From an uncultured Candidatus Cloacimonadota bacterium (GTDB lineage Bacteria > Cloacimonadota > Cloacimonadia > Cloacimonadales > Cloacimonadaceae): a DNA stretch of 64,000 bases. Position numbers and translations under genes: made by a program. The notes under the pieces were generated by a model. It was not told the origin of the DNA. It did no database searches and saw only the letters and a program-made list of their open reading frames with translations. Location: positions 4,179 through 68,178 of the forward strand of contig CAZOVZ010000004.1 in NCBI GenBank assembly GCA_964583755.1, in the 5' to 3' direction. The stretch's first letter is position 1. Every line of letters starts with the position of its first letter. Shown piece by piece: positions 63,165 to 64,000 of this stretch.

Positions 63165-63566
63165 ATGGACGCAAACCCTTTCCAGAAGAGACTTACGGTT
63201 CGCAAGGAATTTAGTAGGAATATTGTAAATGACTGGTTTTTTTTGGCTGAGAAGAACGACAATGTGATAAAATGGGATCAGGATCCAAAGTCCTCGAGGG
63301 TTCCTGTGGCTTATCCTCATGAACAGCATGTAATTACCCCCACTGACAGAACTTACAAAACAAACGAACTGAAACTTCAGCATTCGCAAGGCCTATATCG
63401 CTTAACAAATTATATCTCCAACGCGTCGAATAGATCTCCCCATATCTGTTCTCAAGGGCATGATATGTTTCGCTTTAGGCTGAAATTATGGAGCTCTTCA
63501 AGTAGAGGCTCTAAACTGTATGATGTCATCGAAAATGCTCACAAGCAAATTGGCACGGCACAATGA
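63165..63566 (+). CDS. hypothetical protein (low-GC island)
   Basis: 133-aa ORF. Upstream are TTGACA (63108-63113), a 17-nt spacer and TCTAAT (63131-63136). There is no clear RBS and no family was recognised. Confidence 0.35.
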   Translation: MDANPFQKRLTVRKEFSRNIVNDWFFLAEKNDNVIKWDQDPKSSRVPVAYPHEQHVITPTDRTYKTNELKLQHSQGLYRLTNYISNASNRSPHICSQGHDMFRFRLKLWSSSSRGSKLYDVIENAHKQIGTAQ

Positions 63567-63649
63567 CCCTTAGATTTATCTTCATGGAACTGAGGATAAA
63601 ATGGAAAATTTTATAGCAGAAAAGCGTATTAATCAAGGGAGGAATTAGC

Positions 63650-64000
63650 ATGGCTGATCACGACACAGATACAAACGCTCCGCAAAACAGGAAAATTGGA
63701 TTTCTCTTACTCATAGGCATTGTACTGATGCCGTATGTATTTGTATGGTTTCTTCTTAAGCCAGGTTACACAAAAACTGCAAAAATCCTGGGATTCAGTT
63801 GGCTAATAATCGTATTACTGATCATCATTATTCCGGATAAGGGAAGTAAAGAGCCCGTTATTGAGAGGGAACCAGCCGTTGAAGAATCCAGTATCGCGAG
63901 CGATTCCATTTTAGTTGATACTCCAGCGACCAAACCTGAAGAAGTTGCGAAAGCCACGTTTGAAGATCTGATGCCTCAAAAAGAGAAGAGTTTGATCGAG
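63650..64000 (+). CDS. membrane-anchored hypothetical protein, N-terminal part (runs off the right edge)
   Basis: Not in the ORF track because no stop lies in the window. AAGGGAGGA RBS and ATG at 63650. The product is MADHDTDTNAPQNRKIGFLLLIGIVLMPYVFVWFLLKPGYTKTAKILGFSWLIIVLLIIIIPDKGSKEPV..., with two TM segments followed by an acidic linker. Confidence 0.55.
   Translation, partial: MADHDTDTNAPQNRKIGFLLLIGIVLMPYVFVWFLLKPGYTKTAKILGFSWLIIVLLIIIIPDKGSKEPVIEREPAVEESSIASDSILVDTPATKPEEVAKATFEDLMPQKEKSLIE

Larger units (their letters stand above)
62450..64000. other. low-GC island (probable horizontally acquired / mobile DNA), continues beyond the right edge
   Basis: There is an abrupt compositional shift just upstream of the rplU promoter. 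For example, I count 22 G/C in the 60 nt 63121-63180. ORFs here use TTA, TCA, ATA and AGA codons, which the GC-rich genes avoid. Confidence 0.6.

Overview
GC-rich bacterial chromosomal window using the standard genetic code. Many secreted proteins carry T9SS-type C-terminal sorting domains, so an FCB-group or Cloacimonadota-like host is my inference only. I support about 50 protein genes and found no rRNA, tRNA or CRISPR array. All family calls come from motifs read by eye; no homology search was run.

Left part (1-20.3 kb):
- obg (partial) and several T9SS cargo proteins of unknown function.
- A Sel1-repeat protein and an Atl-like alkyltransferase-like protein.
- An OFA-type MFS transporter next to a secreted double-Cache protein.
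- A GNAT gene plus a B12/radical-SAM gene.
- A TerD-TM-OmpA fusion behind a consensus promoter and a Cys-rich upstream ORF.
- An ArsR / ArsP-like permease / DGC operon.

Centre (20.4-48.5 kb): a two-armed, roughly 28 kb beta-1,3/1,6-glucan (laminarin-type) utilisation locus.
- Enzymes: GH16, clan GH-A enzymes, GH30, GH17, GH3 and a GH94/149/161-like phosphorylase.
- CBM-rich surface proteins, and a GPH symporter with an inserted periplasmic domain.
- A GntR-HTH/LacI-type regulator.
- Most unusual: a glycosidase fused to a ~620-aa outer-membrane beta-barrel. No SusC/SusD genes are present.
- A 1.2 kb non-coding hub next to the regulator holds an extremely AT-rich palindromic core flanked by inverted sequence modules.

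Right part:
- A GNAT gene, an XRE + membrane-protein pair and a GHL-type hydrolase.
- Two paralogous ArsB/NhaD permeases bracketing an EIIA-CBS protein.
- SRAP and nth bracketed by inverted MITE-like repeats.
- recX-recA-thpR and rpmA-rplU.
- A low-GC island from about 62.45 kb, containing a winged-helix gene interrupted by an in-frame TGA.

Two families of long palindromic intergenic repeats share a terminal motif. Where a signal peptide or RBS pointed to an internal start, I re-picked the start site from the ORF track.
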